Virus record (IMG/VR): IMGVR_UViG_3300045988_183062
Span: 14,512-78,511 of that record
Origin: a virus
Length of the DNA: 64,000 nucleotides
Reading direction: 5' to 3' (one strand)
The translations under genes were made by a program, and so were the position numbers. The notes below the pieces were generated by a model that was not told the origin of the DNA, ran no database searches, and saw nothing but the letters and a program-made list of their open reading frames with translations. Of this stretch, positions 20,262 through 30,077 are shown one piece after another (position 1 is the first letter of the stretch; each line of letters starts with the position of its first letter).

Positions 20262-20306
20262 GTTGTATTAGAGAAATCTGGCGCAACCCAGACAAAGGAG
20301 AACACG

Positions 20307-22451
20307 ATGGGCAAAAGCAAGGCAAAACACAATAGCAAGAAACCAACTGGCAGCTTCAAAGAACGATGCAAACAAGCGGTACTGAAGAACATAGCTGGAT
20401 TCGGCGGTGAGATTGAGAAGGACCCATCCCTTGCCTTTGAGTTTGACATCGACAACAAAACAATAGACCGGCGAGTGGAAGCTATTGCTGAAACACGAGA
20501 CATGGCAGTAGCTATTGCCAAAGAATATATACCGGAAGACCTTGAGGTACGATACGAGGCCGAATGGGTCCGCCTGAATATGGTGATGACACCTCCGTTC
20601 AACATAGGCGAGCGGCAGTTCAATTACTCGCTCGCTGCGGCCATCTGGATACTGGACACCATCAGAGCAAACCACAAGATGGATGAGGCCCTCGCTTTGC
20701 TGCCAAAGGACGAGGAAAAGCTCGCGTCTATCGAACTACCGTCTTGTGTATCGCCTTGTTATAGTGAAGCCGTAATTCGCAGTATGGTTTATGTCATCCT
20801 GCATCGAAACGAGGATTGTGTCGGCATCAACAACCCGGAGAAGCCTCCGCTCAAGTATCCTGTTACAGACAGCTATACCGTTGCGGGTAAGCAGCATCAG
20901 AATGTACTGTCCAGAAATGTGTTTGATACCATTATTGGCTTGCTCCCGGAAGACAAGGTCGATAATGCTGTAAATACGTATGCCATACAGGTAAGGGGAG
21001 CCATAAGTCGTTATTTCTGTTGCCGCTCCAAGTGGGTCAAGGAAGAAAAGAAATGCCTGGATGAAATCCATCGCCTTGATGACGAGCTTAATAAAGTGAG
21101 TGACGAGGCAAATGCTTTTTCCAAAAAGACGCATTCTATGGTCAAGGCAAAAGCCATGCCGCTTGCTAAAAATAATATGCCTGGAGTCGGCGCGAAAGCC
21201 GAAATGACCATCGGGCTCCATTCTATTGCAGAACGCGGAGAAACTATCGTTGCAAAGTTAGAGGCAATGCAAACCAAGCTCCAAAAGCTCAACGAGTTGG
21301 AAAGAGACTTTGCTTATGATAGTGCCGAATGCGCCTATTGGACAGAAGAAACATGGACAAAGAAATACTCGACGGCCGTAGCAAAACGTGCGGTGAAGTT
21401 TGAAGTCATGGACCCGTATGCAGTATGCTTCGCATTCTATTACATGATAGATAACGGCGATAATCTTCCGTGGCTTTACTATCCATCCTGTGTGCTTCTC
21501 TCCCACGCAGCGGCACAACTACCGTGGTGTGGAGGAGCAGTCAAACAATGCGTGGATGCAACAGGTCAAACCACTTTCTATATTGATGCCAATACAGCCA
21601 AGCTCCATCTGATGGAAGACAACCTAACAAGCGATAGTAGTGTTGTGCCAATCTGCTGGAATACGATGTCCTTGGTACAACAAGAAGGTGCAGACGCAAA
21701 TACTCCCGTGCGTATAACCCCGGCGGCCGCCGTATACACCTATACCGATGGAGTCCTCGTTCCACGTAACACAGCCAGCGCAGACCCGATAGAAGCAACA
21801 CTTGCCGATTTGGGTGTGACAGCGCCAGAAGGTAGAGCTGTATACGCCGCATACATATCTCTACTGTCCAACCTAAAAGGCCGCATCGATTTTCCCAACG
21901 ACGCAAAAGATGAGTGCGATGCTCTACGTGCCAAATGCGATGCGTATGAAGCAGAGATTGAGAATCTCAAGAGTAAGGATGAAAAGAATAAGCAGGCACT
22001 CTATAAAGCTGAAAAGACAATCGGTGAGCTGACTACTGCCATAGAGAAGGCTTCTGCAGAACACGAGAAAGAAAAGCAAGAGCTGAACGACCTTCGTGAG
22101 CTTGTGTTTGCGCTGACCAATGACGCAGACTCTGCCGCCAGGAAAGATTCCAAGACGCAGGTAGAGTTCCCGTACCACACCACCAAGAAGCACATCGTCT
22201 TTGGCGGACATCCTTCCTGGCTGAAGGCAATACGGCCGATGGTGCCGGATGTGAAATTCGTGGATGGAGTTCCGAGCACTGAACAAATCAAGGGCGCGGA
22301 CATCGTATGGCTGCAAACCAACTACCTCTCCCATAAGGCTTTCTACAAAATCATCGACATTGTCCGCAGCAAGAACATCCCGCTGCGCTATTTTACTTCC
22401 GCCTCCGCTGCAAAATGCGCAGAGCAGGTAGTCAATGCGGACCAGCAATAA
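20307..22451 (+). CDS. Large hypothetical protein: N-terminal unique region, coiled coil, C-terminal ~100 aa alpha/beta domain with VFGGHP motif (shared with 24043-25743 protein)
   Basis: RBS AAAGGAGAACACG before ATG 20307; heptad-like segment (EAEIENLKSKDEKNKQALYKAEKTIGEL..); C-terminal HIVFGGHPSWL..ADIVWLQTNYLSHKAFYKII. Confidence 0.6.
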   Translation: MGKSKAKHNSKKPTGSFKERCKQAVLKNIAGFGGEIEKDPSLAFEFDIDNKTIDRRVEAIAETRDMAVAIAKEYIPEDLEVRYEAEWVRLNMVMTPPFNIGERQFNYSLAAAIWILDTIRANHKMDEALALLPKDEEKLASIELPSCVSPCYSEAVIRSMVYVILHRNEDCVGINNPEKPPLKYPVTDSYTVAGKQHQNVLSRNVFDTIIGLLPEDKVDNAVNTYAIQVRGAISRYFCCRSKWVKEEKKCLDEIHRLDDELNKVSDEANAFSKKTHSMVKAKAMPLAKNNMPGVGAKAEMTIGLHSIAERGETIVAKLEAMQTKLQKLNELERDFAYDSAECAYWTEETWTKKYSTAVAKRAVKFEVMDPYAVCFAFYYMIDNGDNLPWLYYPSCVLLSHAAAQLPWCGGAVKQCVDATGQTTFYIDANTAKLHLMEDNLTSDSSVVPICWNTMSLVQQEGADANTPVRITPAAAVYTYTDGVLVPRNTASADPIEATLADLGVTAPEGRAVYAAYISLLSNLKGRIDFPNDAKDECDALRAKCDAYEAEIENLKSKDEKNKQALYKAEKTIGELTTAIEKASAEHEKEKQELNDLRELVFALTNDADSAARKDSKTQVEFPYHTTKKHIVFGGHPSWLKAIRPMVPDVKFVDGVPSTEQIKGADIVWLQTNYLSHKAFYKIIDIVRSKNIPLRYFTSASAAKCAEQVVNADQQ

Positions 22452-22589
22452 AAGCTGTTACTTGCTTCGGCTCAGAGCAAACTATCTACGCAGATTGCTA
22501 ATACTTGCTAAATATTTGCTACAAGTCACTTTCGCAATTTTGAAAATTTTCTCTGAAAAAGTCTCTGTTTTATAAAAGAGGGGATTGGT

Positions 22590-23396
22590 ATGAGCATCAT
22601 TCGAGCAGAAGTCTCAGGATACCGTCACATCGGATACTATGATTCAGAATTTGTCATAAAAGGCATCTTACACATTGATACCAGGCAATACAACTTCCTA
22701 CACTACGACGGAGCCTTTGGATTCTCTCGTCTTGAAATCAAAGCCGGAAAGGTGAAAGCATCCTACGACGAAGCAGAAGGCTTCCAGATGCAGCAGGGCA
22801 AAGAGGCCCCGGAAGGCGGGCTTCTGAATGTGAACCGAAAGGATGCTATCAAGCAAATACAGGAAGCAGCGACTTCCTATCTAACAACAGACCTCAATGC
22901 CTGGGCGGAATACTTCAACCTTGCAACTCGCAGCGCCGGGCCATTTGCCTACACCCTAACACAGTGCATTGCCTTTCCGACTGAAAAATACCGCTGCACG
23001 ATAACACCCGCATCACCTTACTGCGAACTGATTTATAATTTTGGCTTCGATGAAGAATGTCCGAAAGTCGAATCACCGTTGTTCCCAGGCGAAGAACTGT
23101 TCGACACAAAGATTGACCTTGACTTTATCGAAGGACCAGCCAGATGGCTCTATAGTATCCTGCTTTTGGATGACGAAGAGCACGAGCTTCCACTCAATAA
23201 GGACTATTCCCGTATCGTCAGCTTAGAGATGGCCCTCGACTGCAAACTGACCTTTGAGGGCTTCCAAGACGATGAACAGACAGGACAACGCAAGAACTTG
23301 ATTCTCTTCTCGGATGTTATGAGAGAAAAGAAGCAGAGAGAGTTTGACACTGCTTATCAGCGTGCGAAGGAAGGCGTTGAGAACCGCAAGCCATAA
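22590..23396 (+). CDS. Hypothetical protein
   Basis: RBS AGAGGGGA before ATG. Confidence 0.5.
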   Translation: MSIIRAEVSGYRHIGYYDSEFVIKGILHIDTRQYNFLHYDGAFGFSRLEIKAGKVKASYDEAEGFQMQQGKEAPEGGLLNVNRKDAIKQIQEAATSYLTTDLNAWAEYFNLATRSAGPFAYTLTQCIAFPTEKYRCTITPASPYCELIYNFGFDEECPKVESPLFPGEELFDTKIDLDFIEGPARWLYSILLLDDEEHELPLNKDYSRIVSLEMALDCKLTFEGFQDDEQTGQRKNLILFSDVMREKKQREFDTAYQRAKEGVENRKP

Positions 23397-23507
23397 AACG
23401 CGCTACACGCCATAAATTCAGGCATCGGCATGCAGAAAATGAAAACGAGTTGTGCATAGGGCGATAAACTATACAGAGACACATCGTACTCAGAAAGAGG
23501 CATCTTC

Positions 23508-23972
23508 ATGGAACTTGCAGACCATAACTCGAAGCAGTTCGAGGGAAACATCATCAGATTGCAGCTTCGTACCACTTGTACGAAACTAAGTCTCGATGCA
23601 GAACCAAACAAAGAATCAGAACAGCGACTTATTGTAGCAGAGCAGGGAGGTCATGTATATCTCGAACAGCTCGAATATCTGGATGGAGATGAACCAGTCC
23701 GAGACCACTACACCATCCATCATCTACCGGCCGATACAATACATTCCGTGCTCGCGAAAGTAAAACATCATTTGCCGATGCTCCTGCAAACAGATGAAGC
23801 GCAACACACCGACCGCTGGTATCTTACCCTGACAAACGATGTGGGGGAACAATATCTCTTCCGTGGCCGTATAGGTCTTGACCAGAACAAAGAGCTTTCA
23901 GATTACCTCCGCACGACTCTTCAATTGCCTAACTTATGGGCGTTTATCAAAGAAGAACTGAAAAATCTGTAA
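23508..23972 (+). CDS. Hypothetical protein
   Basis: RBS AAAGAGG before ATG. Confidence 0.5.
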   Translation: MELADHNSKQFEGNIIRLQLRTTCTKLSLDAEPNKESEQRLIVAEQGGHVYLEQLEYLDGDEPVRDHYTIHHLPADTIHSVLAKVKHHLPMLLQTDEAQHTDRWYLTLTNDVGEQYLFRGRIGLDQNKELSDYLRTTLQLPNLWAFIKEELKNL

Positions 23973-24042
23973 CATTCTTACCGCCAACATTGGTTGTTGA
24001 TACCGCTCTTGGTATAATACAGATAGAAAAGGAGTGAATGAC

Positions 24043-25743
24043 GTGGCAAAGAACAAAATTCCAAAAACCATGACAGTGGGCGCGTTGTACGATAAGTATG
24101 CCGAACGCATGGCGCTATTTGCGAGCCGAAGCAAAGCGTGCATAGAACTGTCCGACAAATACTACCGTGAACATCAAGACAAGGTAGATAAGCATATCAA
24201 AGCAATTTGCCACGGAGAGCATCCGCTTCAATACATATTAGGCTTAGATACAGTGCAGAGCCGCAATGCAGTCCTGTGCCTGGCATGTATTCTAAGCAGC
24301 GACGAAAAAGACAAGCCACAGTTTACCGAAGACCTCCTATCAACCTATCTGAAAAACACGAAGAAAGAAAAGTTGCCTCCGATTAACGAAAAAGCGCTCG
24401 AAGCAGTATACAGTAAGATAGAATCAACACCTGATAACGACAAGAATAAGCAAACCATAGCGTATGATGCTTTTACGGAGCATAAACTGAACCCTCCATC
24501 CAGGGCGTTCTTTGCGGTATATGCGTCTCGGTATAAGAACTTCGATTCTTGCAGCAATGACCTCTACACCAATGCACTCTTGGCGATGATGCTGCTTGGT
24601 AATATCAACACGACTGCCAAGGTCCGCTACATGGAACGCTACGACTATTTGTATCGAACCATAGTACGGCCGCGATTTGCTGCTAAAAGCTTCGGTGCCA
24701 CCTGGATTAACGACTCCAATACGATGCGCCGGAAAACAGGTATAGAGCGCGATGAAGAAAACGCTCTCCAGATGCCTCTTATCGCGACACTCACGGCCAG
24801 TGGCGTAATGAACCAGCAAAGAATGGATAAGAAGGTGCTGTCCAAGGAAATGCTGATGCACATGGCAGTCGCTGCTTATACGGCTGCCGGTATCGATAAA
24901 GTAGATGCACCGCTTGAGAAGGTATGGGAAGCGATTGACGCAGAAAACGAATCTGCTTACGATGACGAAACCATACAGATAGCAAAAGAGAAAGTAAAAA
25001 TATTTCGTACCGCACTCTTTAATGCTACTTACTATACGATGCTTTGCGAGCAAACGAAGAAAACTGTGCTGGAAGGATTGCAGGATTACTTCTTCAATCC
25101 GCAAGGCACACGTCTGAACAACGAGCTGAAGAAGTGCAAGCGACAGATGGAACGGGACGGTAAGCTGCTGAAACAGCAGAAAGAGTCTCTGAAGGAATAC
25201 AAGGTCCGCGCCGATGCGGCAGAACGTGCGGCCGAAGATGCCAGAAACCGTTATGCAGGTATCCAATCCAAGGTCGAGTCCCAGCAAAAGCAAATCACGG
25301 ACCTGGAGGAGCAGCTCAAGGCGCTGCAGGAAGAGAACGCCAGGCTGCGTCAGCAGCTTCCAGCTCAACCGACTGAAGAAAGAGCAGAGGCTGCCACGGC
25401 GGAACCAGACATCAACTATGAGGAGGAGCTTTCAGAAATCTTCTCGGCCAAGAAAATCGTCTTCATCGGCGGGCATCCAAACATCATGGGCAAATTTGCT
25501 CAGAAATACCCGGAAGCAGCTGTCGTCGAGAAAGATAAGGCAATGACGGCCGATAGGCAATTGGACGGTGCGGCCGCCGTACTCTTCAAGACTGACAGCA
25601 TGGGCCATAAAGAGTATACGCCAATCAAAGACCTTGCCGGACGAAAAGGCGTTCCGGTAGGCTACATCCGTGATGTCACATCGCTGAACCTTGTAGAGCA
25701 GAGCGTATACGAGGAACTCAAAAAACTGAATATCACAGAATAA
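24043..25743 (+). CDS. Large hypothetical protein with coiled coil and the same C-terminal VFIGGHP domain
   Basis: RBS AAAGGAG; probable GTG start 24034-24043; coiled coil (ESQQKQITDLEEQLKALQEENARLRQQL); C-terminal KIVFIGGHPNIMG..AAAVLFKTDSMGHKEYTPIKD. Confidence 0.6.
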   Translation: MAKNKIPKTMTVGALYDKYAERMALFASRSKACIELSDKYYREHQDKVDKHIKAICHGEHPLQYILGLDTVQSRNAVLCLACILSSDEKDKPQFTEDLLSTYLKNTKKEKLPPINEKALEAVYSKIESTPDNDKNKQTIAYDAFTEHKLNPPSRAFFAVYASRYKNFDSCSNDLYTNALLAMMLLGNINTTAKVRYMERYDYLYRTIVRPRFAAKSFGATWINDSNTMRRKTGIERDEENALQMPLIATLTASGVMNQQRMDKKVLSKEMLMHMAVAAYTAAGIDKVDAPLEKVWEAIDAENESAYDDETIQIAKEKVKIFRTALFNATYYTMLCEQTKKTVLEGLQDYFFNPQGTRLNNELKKCKRQMERDGKLLKQQKESLKEYKVRADAAERAAEDARNRYAGIQSKVESQQKQITDLEEQLKALQEENARLRQQLPAQPTEERAEAATAEPDINYEEELSEIFSAKKIVFIGGHPNIMGKFAQKYPEAAVVEKDKAMTADRQLDGAAAVLFKTDSMGHKEYTPIKDLAGRKGVPVGYIRDVTSLNLVEQSVYEELKKLNITE

Positions 25744-25938
25744 AGTAAAAGAGGGGAGCTAAACAAGCTCCTCTCTTTCTTTTGTCAAGGTCTTCCACAG
25801 TTGTAGAGTAACTAATGGGATTGCAAACGGCAAATTCTTCCATACCCCTTGCATCTCACCACTTGATAGGCTATAATAACAACAGTCAGTTGTTATATGC
25901 AAATTAGGAACCATCTGTACGAATTGAGGTTGTATATT

Positions 25939-27207
25939 ATGGCAAAAGAACGAGCCATCCTTCATTGCGATATGAACTGCTTCTATGCCAGCTGTGAGAT
26001 GGCCTACTATCCTGAATTACGGGACAAGCCGATTGCCGTGTGCGGTGACCCAGAACGGCGGAGTGGCATCGTATTGACCGCTTCATACCCGGCCAAGCGG
26101 ATGGGCGTGAAAACCGGTATGCCGCTTTGGGAGGCGCAGCAGCATTGCAGAGACATCACCTTTGTTCCGGCTCACTATGACCTATACACCCGATTCAGCG
26201 GCTACACCAGAGAAATCTTCCTGCGCTATACAGACCAAGTCGAACCGTTTGGCTTGGACGAGGCCTGGCTCGATTGTACCGCGAGTCAGTCTCTCTTTGG
26301 GACAGGGGAGGAGATAGCAAAGAAAATCTCCGACACCGTCAAGGACGAACTCGGCATTACCTGCTCGGTCGGAGTCAGTTGGAATAAAACGATGGCAAAA
26401 CTCGGCTCGGACTATAAAAAGCCGGATGCTATTACGGTCATCAACAGGCAGAACTTCGAGAAGATAGTTTTTCCGCTGCCTGCTTCGGATTTGCTATATG
26501 TAGGAAAGAAAACGGCTGCCAAGTTAGATAACTATGCTATACATACCATTGGAGACTTGGCAAAGACCAGACCTCAGTTTCTGCAGGAGAAGCTCGGCAA
26601 GGTGGGGCTCTTGCTCTGGAGGTTTGCCAACGGCCTGGATTCTGACCCGGTGGCAAAGTACGAGCAGCGGGAGGTGCTTGCTCCCATCAAGAGCATCGGA
26701 AATAGCTGGACGACACCACGGGACTTAAAGACCGACCAGGATGTTTGGATAGTGCTTTACCTGCTCGCAGAGAGTGTCGCGGCACGCCTCCGAGAGAACC
26801 ATTTCCGATGCCGAGGCGTGGAGGTGAGTTTGAGAGACTCCAACCTATTCAGCTTCGAGCGCCAGATGAAACTGTCCCTACCGACAATGCAGGAGCAGGA
26901 GATAGCGACGGCCGCGTTCACGTTATATAAAAAGCACTATCATTGGAGCGAGCATCTTCGTTCCATTGGCGTGCGGGCCATAGACCTACAGCCGGATACG
27001 GAGCCTTGCCAAATCTCGTTCGACTTCAGTGCCGAAAAGCAAGAAGAGATGGAACGCTTAGAATCTGCCATTGATGGGGTCAGAAACCGATTTGGATACT
27101 ATTCTGTACAGCGAACCGTGATGTATAAGGACCGACTCCTCTCGCATTGCGACGCGAGGGCAGACCATACGATTCACCCACACGGATACTTACAAGGGAG
27201 CATATAA
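25939..27207 (+). CDS. Y-family DNA polymerase (UmuC/DinB-like)
   Basis: N-terminal HCDMNCFYASCE motif (cf. DMDAFFASVE), typical length. Confidence 0.8.
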   Translation: MAKERAILHCDMNCFYASCEMAYYPELRDKPIAVCGDPERRSGIVLTASYPAKRMGVKTGMPLWEAQQHCRDITFVPAHYDLYTRFSGYTREIFLRYTDQVEPFGLDEAWLDCTASQSLFGTGEEIAKKISDTVKDELGITCSVGVSWNKTMAKLGSDYKKPDAITVINRQNFEKIVFPLPASDLLYVGKKTAAKLDNYAIHTIGDLAKTRPQFLQEKLGKVGLLLWRFANGLDSDPVAKYEQREVLAPIKSIGNSWTTPRDLKTDQDVWIVLYLLAESVAARLRENHFRCRGVEVSLRDSNLFSFERQMKLSLPTMQEQEIATAAFTLYKKHYHWSEHLRSIGVRAIDLQPDTEPCQISFDFSAEKQEEMERLESAIDGVRNRFGYYSVQRTVMYKDRLLSHCDARADHTIHPHGYLQGSI

Positions 27208-27210
27208 TCC

Positions 27211-27483
27211 ATGCCAGAACAGAGAATCAAGAAATATGTTGAGGTCATCGCTGACTTTCAGCCGGACGGAACACTCATACCACAGACCGTTATCTGGGAT
27301 ACGGGCCAACGCTTCGACATCACAAACATTTCGGAGGTGATGCCGCGCAAATACTCTAAGACCGGCGGTGTGGGGGTACGCTATACATGCCAGATTGGCA
27401 GAGCCAGCACATATCTCTATTATGAAGTAGATAAATGGTTCGTGGAAGCACGAAAAAGCGCCACAGCAGCAGACCCTTGTTAA
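27211..27483 (+). CDS. Small protein immediately downstream of Y-family polymerase (possible accessory subunit)
   Basis: ATG 4 nt after polymerase stop. Confidence 0.45.
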   Translation: MPEQRIKKYVEVIADFQPDGTLIPQTVIWDTGQRFDITNISEVMPRKYSKTGGVGVRYTCQIGRASTYLYYEVDKWFVEARKSATAADPC

Positions 27484-27505
27484 GGCCCACCACCGTGGCG
27501 TGCGG

Positions 27506-27814
27506 TTAGCATAATACCGCGTCTCTGACATCCATGTAATCCCAGATGATGTCGAGCACTTTCTTTTTAGGGGTATCCTCCTCAAGTTGAGAGGCGTTCC
27601 GCAGGAGTTCATGCACAGATAAGCCAAGATACTCAGCAATCTGCTTCATCTGCGGATACGTCGCAAGTACACGGCCGCATAAAAACCTTTCTGCCTCGAC
27701 TTCCTGGCATCCGAGCAGGGAAGCAACAGAGGACACTGAAACATTCCGCTCTTCCATTTTCTGCCTGATATAAGCACCCAGCATTCGTGCATTTGGCACA
27801 AGAATCACCTCCAA
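27506..27814 (-). CDS. XRE/Cro-C1-type helix-turn-helix transcriptional regulator
   Basis: HTH segment VSSVASLLGCQEVEAERF; minus strand. Confidence 0.65.
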   Translation of the reverse strand: MEVILVPNARMLGAYIRQKMEERNVSVSSVASLLGCQEVEAERFLCGRVLATYPQMKQIAEYLGLSVHELLRNASQLEEDTPKKKVLDIIWDYMDVRDAVLC

Positions 27815-27820
27815 ATGAGG

Positions 27821-28204
27821 TCAAGCCTCCTCGTCAGGAGACTCAGTGTCTTCACTCGCCAGCTGACGCATAGCACGGCGGAACTCGACCAGCTCCTTCT
27901 TTGTCAGAGCGCTTGTAACCATAGCAGCGTAGAACTCCGGACGGCTCATAGCTGCGACAAAGGTTCTCGCATAGGTCTTACCTGCGCGGACCATACCATC
28001 TTCCTTAATACAGCCTTTCTTCATCAAGGAATTGATGATGGCGAAGATGGAACGCTCTTTCCAGAACAGGTCACCATTCTCTTTCACATGGTCAAGGATA
28101 TCCTGCTGGCACAGCGGCTTTTTGCTGTTCCAGAAAGCCTTCATAACGGTTTCCTCTGCGGGAGTCAAATGATACGGACGGGGCGCATGGCTGGAAGCTG
28201 CCAT
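27821..28204 (-). CDS. BlaI/MecI/CopY-family winged-helix repressor
   Basis: LTPAEETVMKAFW...DILDHV.. pattern characteristic of penicillinase-repressor family; minus strand, co-oriented with XRE gene. Confidence 0.7.
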   Translation of the reverse strand: MAASSHAPRPYHLTPAEETVMKAFWNSKKPLCQQDILDHVKENGDLFWKERSIFAIINSLMKKGCIKEDGMVRAGKTYARTFVAAMSRPEFYAAMVTSALTKKELVEFRRAMRQLASEDTESPDEEA

Positions 28205-28346
28205 AACAAACACCAACTTTCATTGTTATTCTGTAATGCTGATTTCAATTATACGGAATTGCGCTAATTCGTCAATATCGTCACTTTAATTATGAACGAC
28301 ATTGACAAAAGATGATAAATTGTCCAATTGACAGAAAGGAGCCTGT

Positions 28347-28871
28347 ATGGGAAAATTTAAGAAGCAAACATGCTGCTTTACGGGGCATCGAGACATTCCG
28401 CCGGGCGAGCAGACAAAGATACTGACCAGGGTAAGGCACCGGCTTATCCCGCTTGTTCAGAGCGGAATCATCTACTATGGAGTGGGTGGTGCTTTAGGGT
28501 TCGATACCCTCGTAGCTGAGATGCTTATTGAGCTGAAGAAAGAAAACAGCCGCCTGCGTATCATCGAGGTGCTTCCCTTTGAAGGCTACCGCGACCGATG
28601 GACTCCAGAACAGCAGCTCCATGCCAAGAACTTAGACAAAAAGATGGACAAAATCGTCTATGTCAGTAAAGAACCGAGCAAGAGCGCTTACTTGACCCGT
28701 GACCGCCACCTGGTTGATTGCTCCGACTACTGCATCTCTTACTGCACGAAACAAACGGGAGGTACAGCCTATACTGTGAAATACGCTCTTGAGAAACAGT
28801 TGACGGTCTATAACGCATCATCGTTCGATGTGACATCATTACTCGGAGCAGCACCTCTTCATCACAAATAA
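28347..28871 (+). CDS. SLOG/DUF1273(YpsA)-like Rossmann-fold protein (tentative)
   Basis: N-terminal CCFTGHR motif and size ~170 aa; RBS AAAGGAG. Confidence 0.45.
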   Translation: MGKFKKQTCCFTGHRDIPPGEQTKILTRVRHRLIPLVQSGIIYYGVGGALGFDTLVAEMLIELKKENSRLRIIEVLPFEGYRDRWTPEQQLHAKNLDKKMDKIVYVSKEPSKSAYLTRDRHLVDCSDYCISYCTKQTGGTAYTVKYALEKQLTVYNASSFDVTSLLGAAPLHHK

Positions 28872-28872
28872 C

Positions 28873-28903
28873 AGCAGCCTCCAGAATTTCGGAGGCTTTT
28901 TGT
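28873..28903 (+). terminator. Rho-independent terminator
   Basis: agcctccagaatttcggaggct hairpin + TTTTTG. Confidence 0.7.
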
Positions 28904-29030
28904 GTATGGCGGTTTACATTTTCACAGAAAATATCTCTTTATAGAATGAACTTATAAAGAAAGGAGGCAAGGACTCGGCCAACTACCACAAACTTGGAAG
29001 AAACGCAAATAAAGAAAGGACCTGTAAAAG

Positions 29031-29420
29031 ATGACGGAAATGAACATGAACGGATACGAATACCTCTTTAACAGCAAGGAAGGCCAAGAGGCACTCAAAG
29101 GGCTCCAGCGTTACGGCGTGAACGACCTGACTCCGTACGAGGAATGGCAGCTTGAATTCTATCTTGACAACCCTCTGCCGTGGCCCAGATGCTGTGAGCT
29201 GTTTGGGCAGTATGCTAAATACATCGCAGGCCATGACGAAATGCCGTTCGATGCTTGGCTCGCAACGATTGAGTATGACCCGGCGCTGAGTGACGGCGAG
29301 AAGGAAGACTTCGATTATTCCGAATACGATAAGGACCCTCTTGTCATCAACTTCTCTGTGGGGCAGCGCCTTGACAGGGGAGAGAACTTTGATGGAGACC
29401 CGGAAACTCTCGAATGCTGA
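29031..29420 (+). CDS. Hypothetical acidic protein
   Basis: RBS before ATG. Confidence 0.5.
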   Translation: MTEMNMNGYEYLFNSKEGQEALKGLQRYGVNDLTPYEEWQLEFYLDNPLPWPRCCELFGQYAKYIAGHDEMPFDAWLATIEYDPALSDGEKEDFDYSEYDKDPLVINFSVGQRLDRGENFDGDPETLEC

Positions 29421-29426
29421 AAAAGT

Positions 29427-29840
29427 TCAGCTGTCAAGCATCAGGAAATAGTCACCAACCAGAACCTCCCCGGCTTGCATAGTCGTGTTCTTATCCGGCT
29501 CAATGTGTTGAGCATGACAAAACGCCTGCATCTCAGGAGTCAGAACAGACTGTATCACAATCTTGGGAACGCCGACCTCAGCACATATCTTCTTCAGCTC
29601 TTCCAGAACAGCAGTCATCGTGCCACGGTGCTTGTGATTGAAACCGACGCGGGATACGATGAGTTCGAAATCTCCAAGAAAAGAGACACGCAGCTCATTG
29701 AGTTCATCATCCGATGTAATCCATACAGTACCAAACGATACATCTGCCTGGCACTTGCAGTTTTGCTTTGACTCTATGATAGCTTGAAGCCGTTCAATCT
29801 GCTCGTTTGAAAGACACAGTCTCTGCATTGAGGTTTGCAT
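29427..29840 (-). CDS. Hypothetical protein, possible GNAT-like fold (weak)
   Basis: Minus-strand ORF; NHKHRGTMTAVLEEL resembles acetyl-CoA binding motif A loosely. Confidence 0.4.
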   Translation of the reverse strand: MQTSMQRLCLSNEQIERLQAIIESKQNCKCQADVSFGTVWITSDDELNELRVSFLGDFELIVSRVGFNHKHRGTMTAVLEELKKICAEVGVPKIVIQSVLTPEMQAFCHAQHIEPDKNTTMQAGEVLVGDYFLMLDS

Positions 29841-30077
29841 TGTACACCATTCCTCTCATTTTCTATCCTCATTATACCATATCAGAACAAAACATGACAG
29901 TACATAGTGATTTGTTTACAAATGCTTCACTATACCTGAAAGCGAACACAGCATTAAGCTCGTCCCATAGTGGTCGGGCTTTTTTGTTGCCAAAACGCGC
30001 GAATTGGCTACAATATCTATTGCAATGGTTGTTACATTATGACTTTTCGCAGAAAATGATAGCAAAGGGGTGATTGA

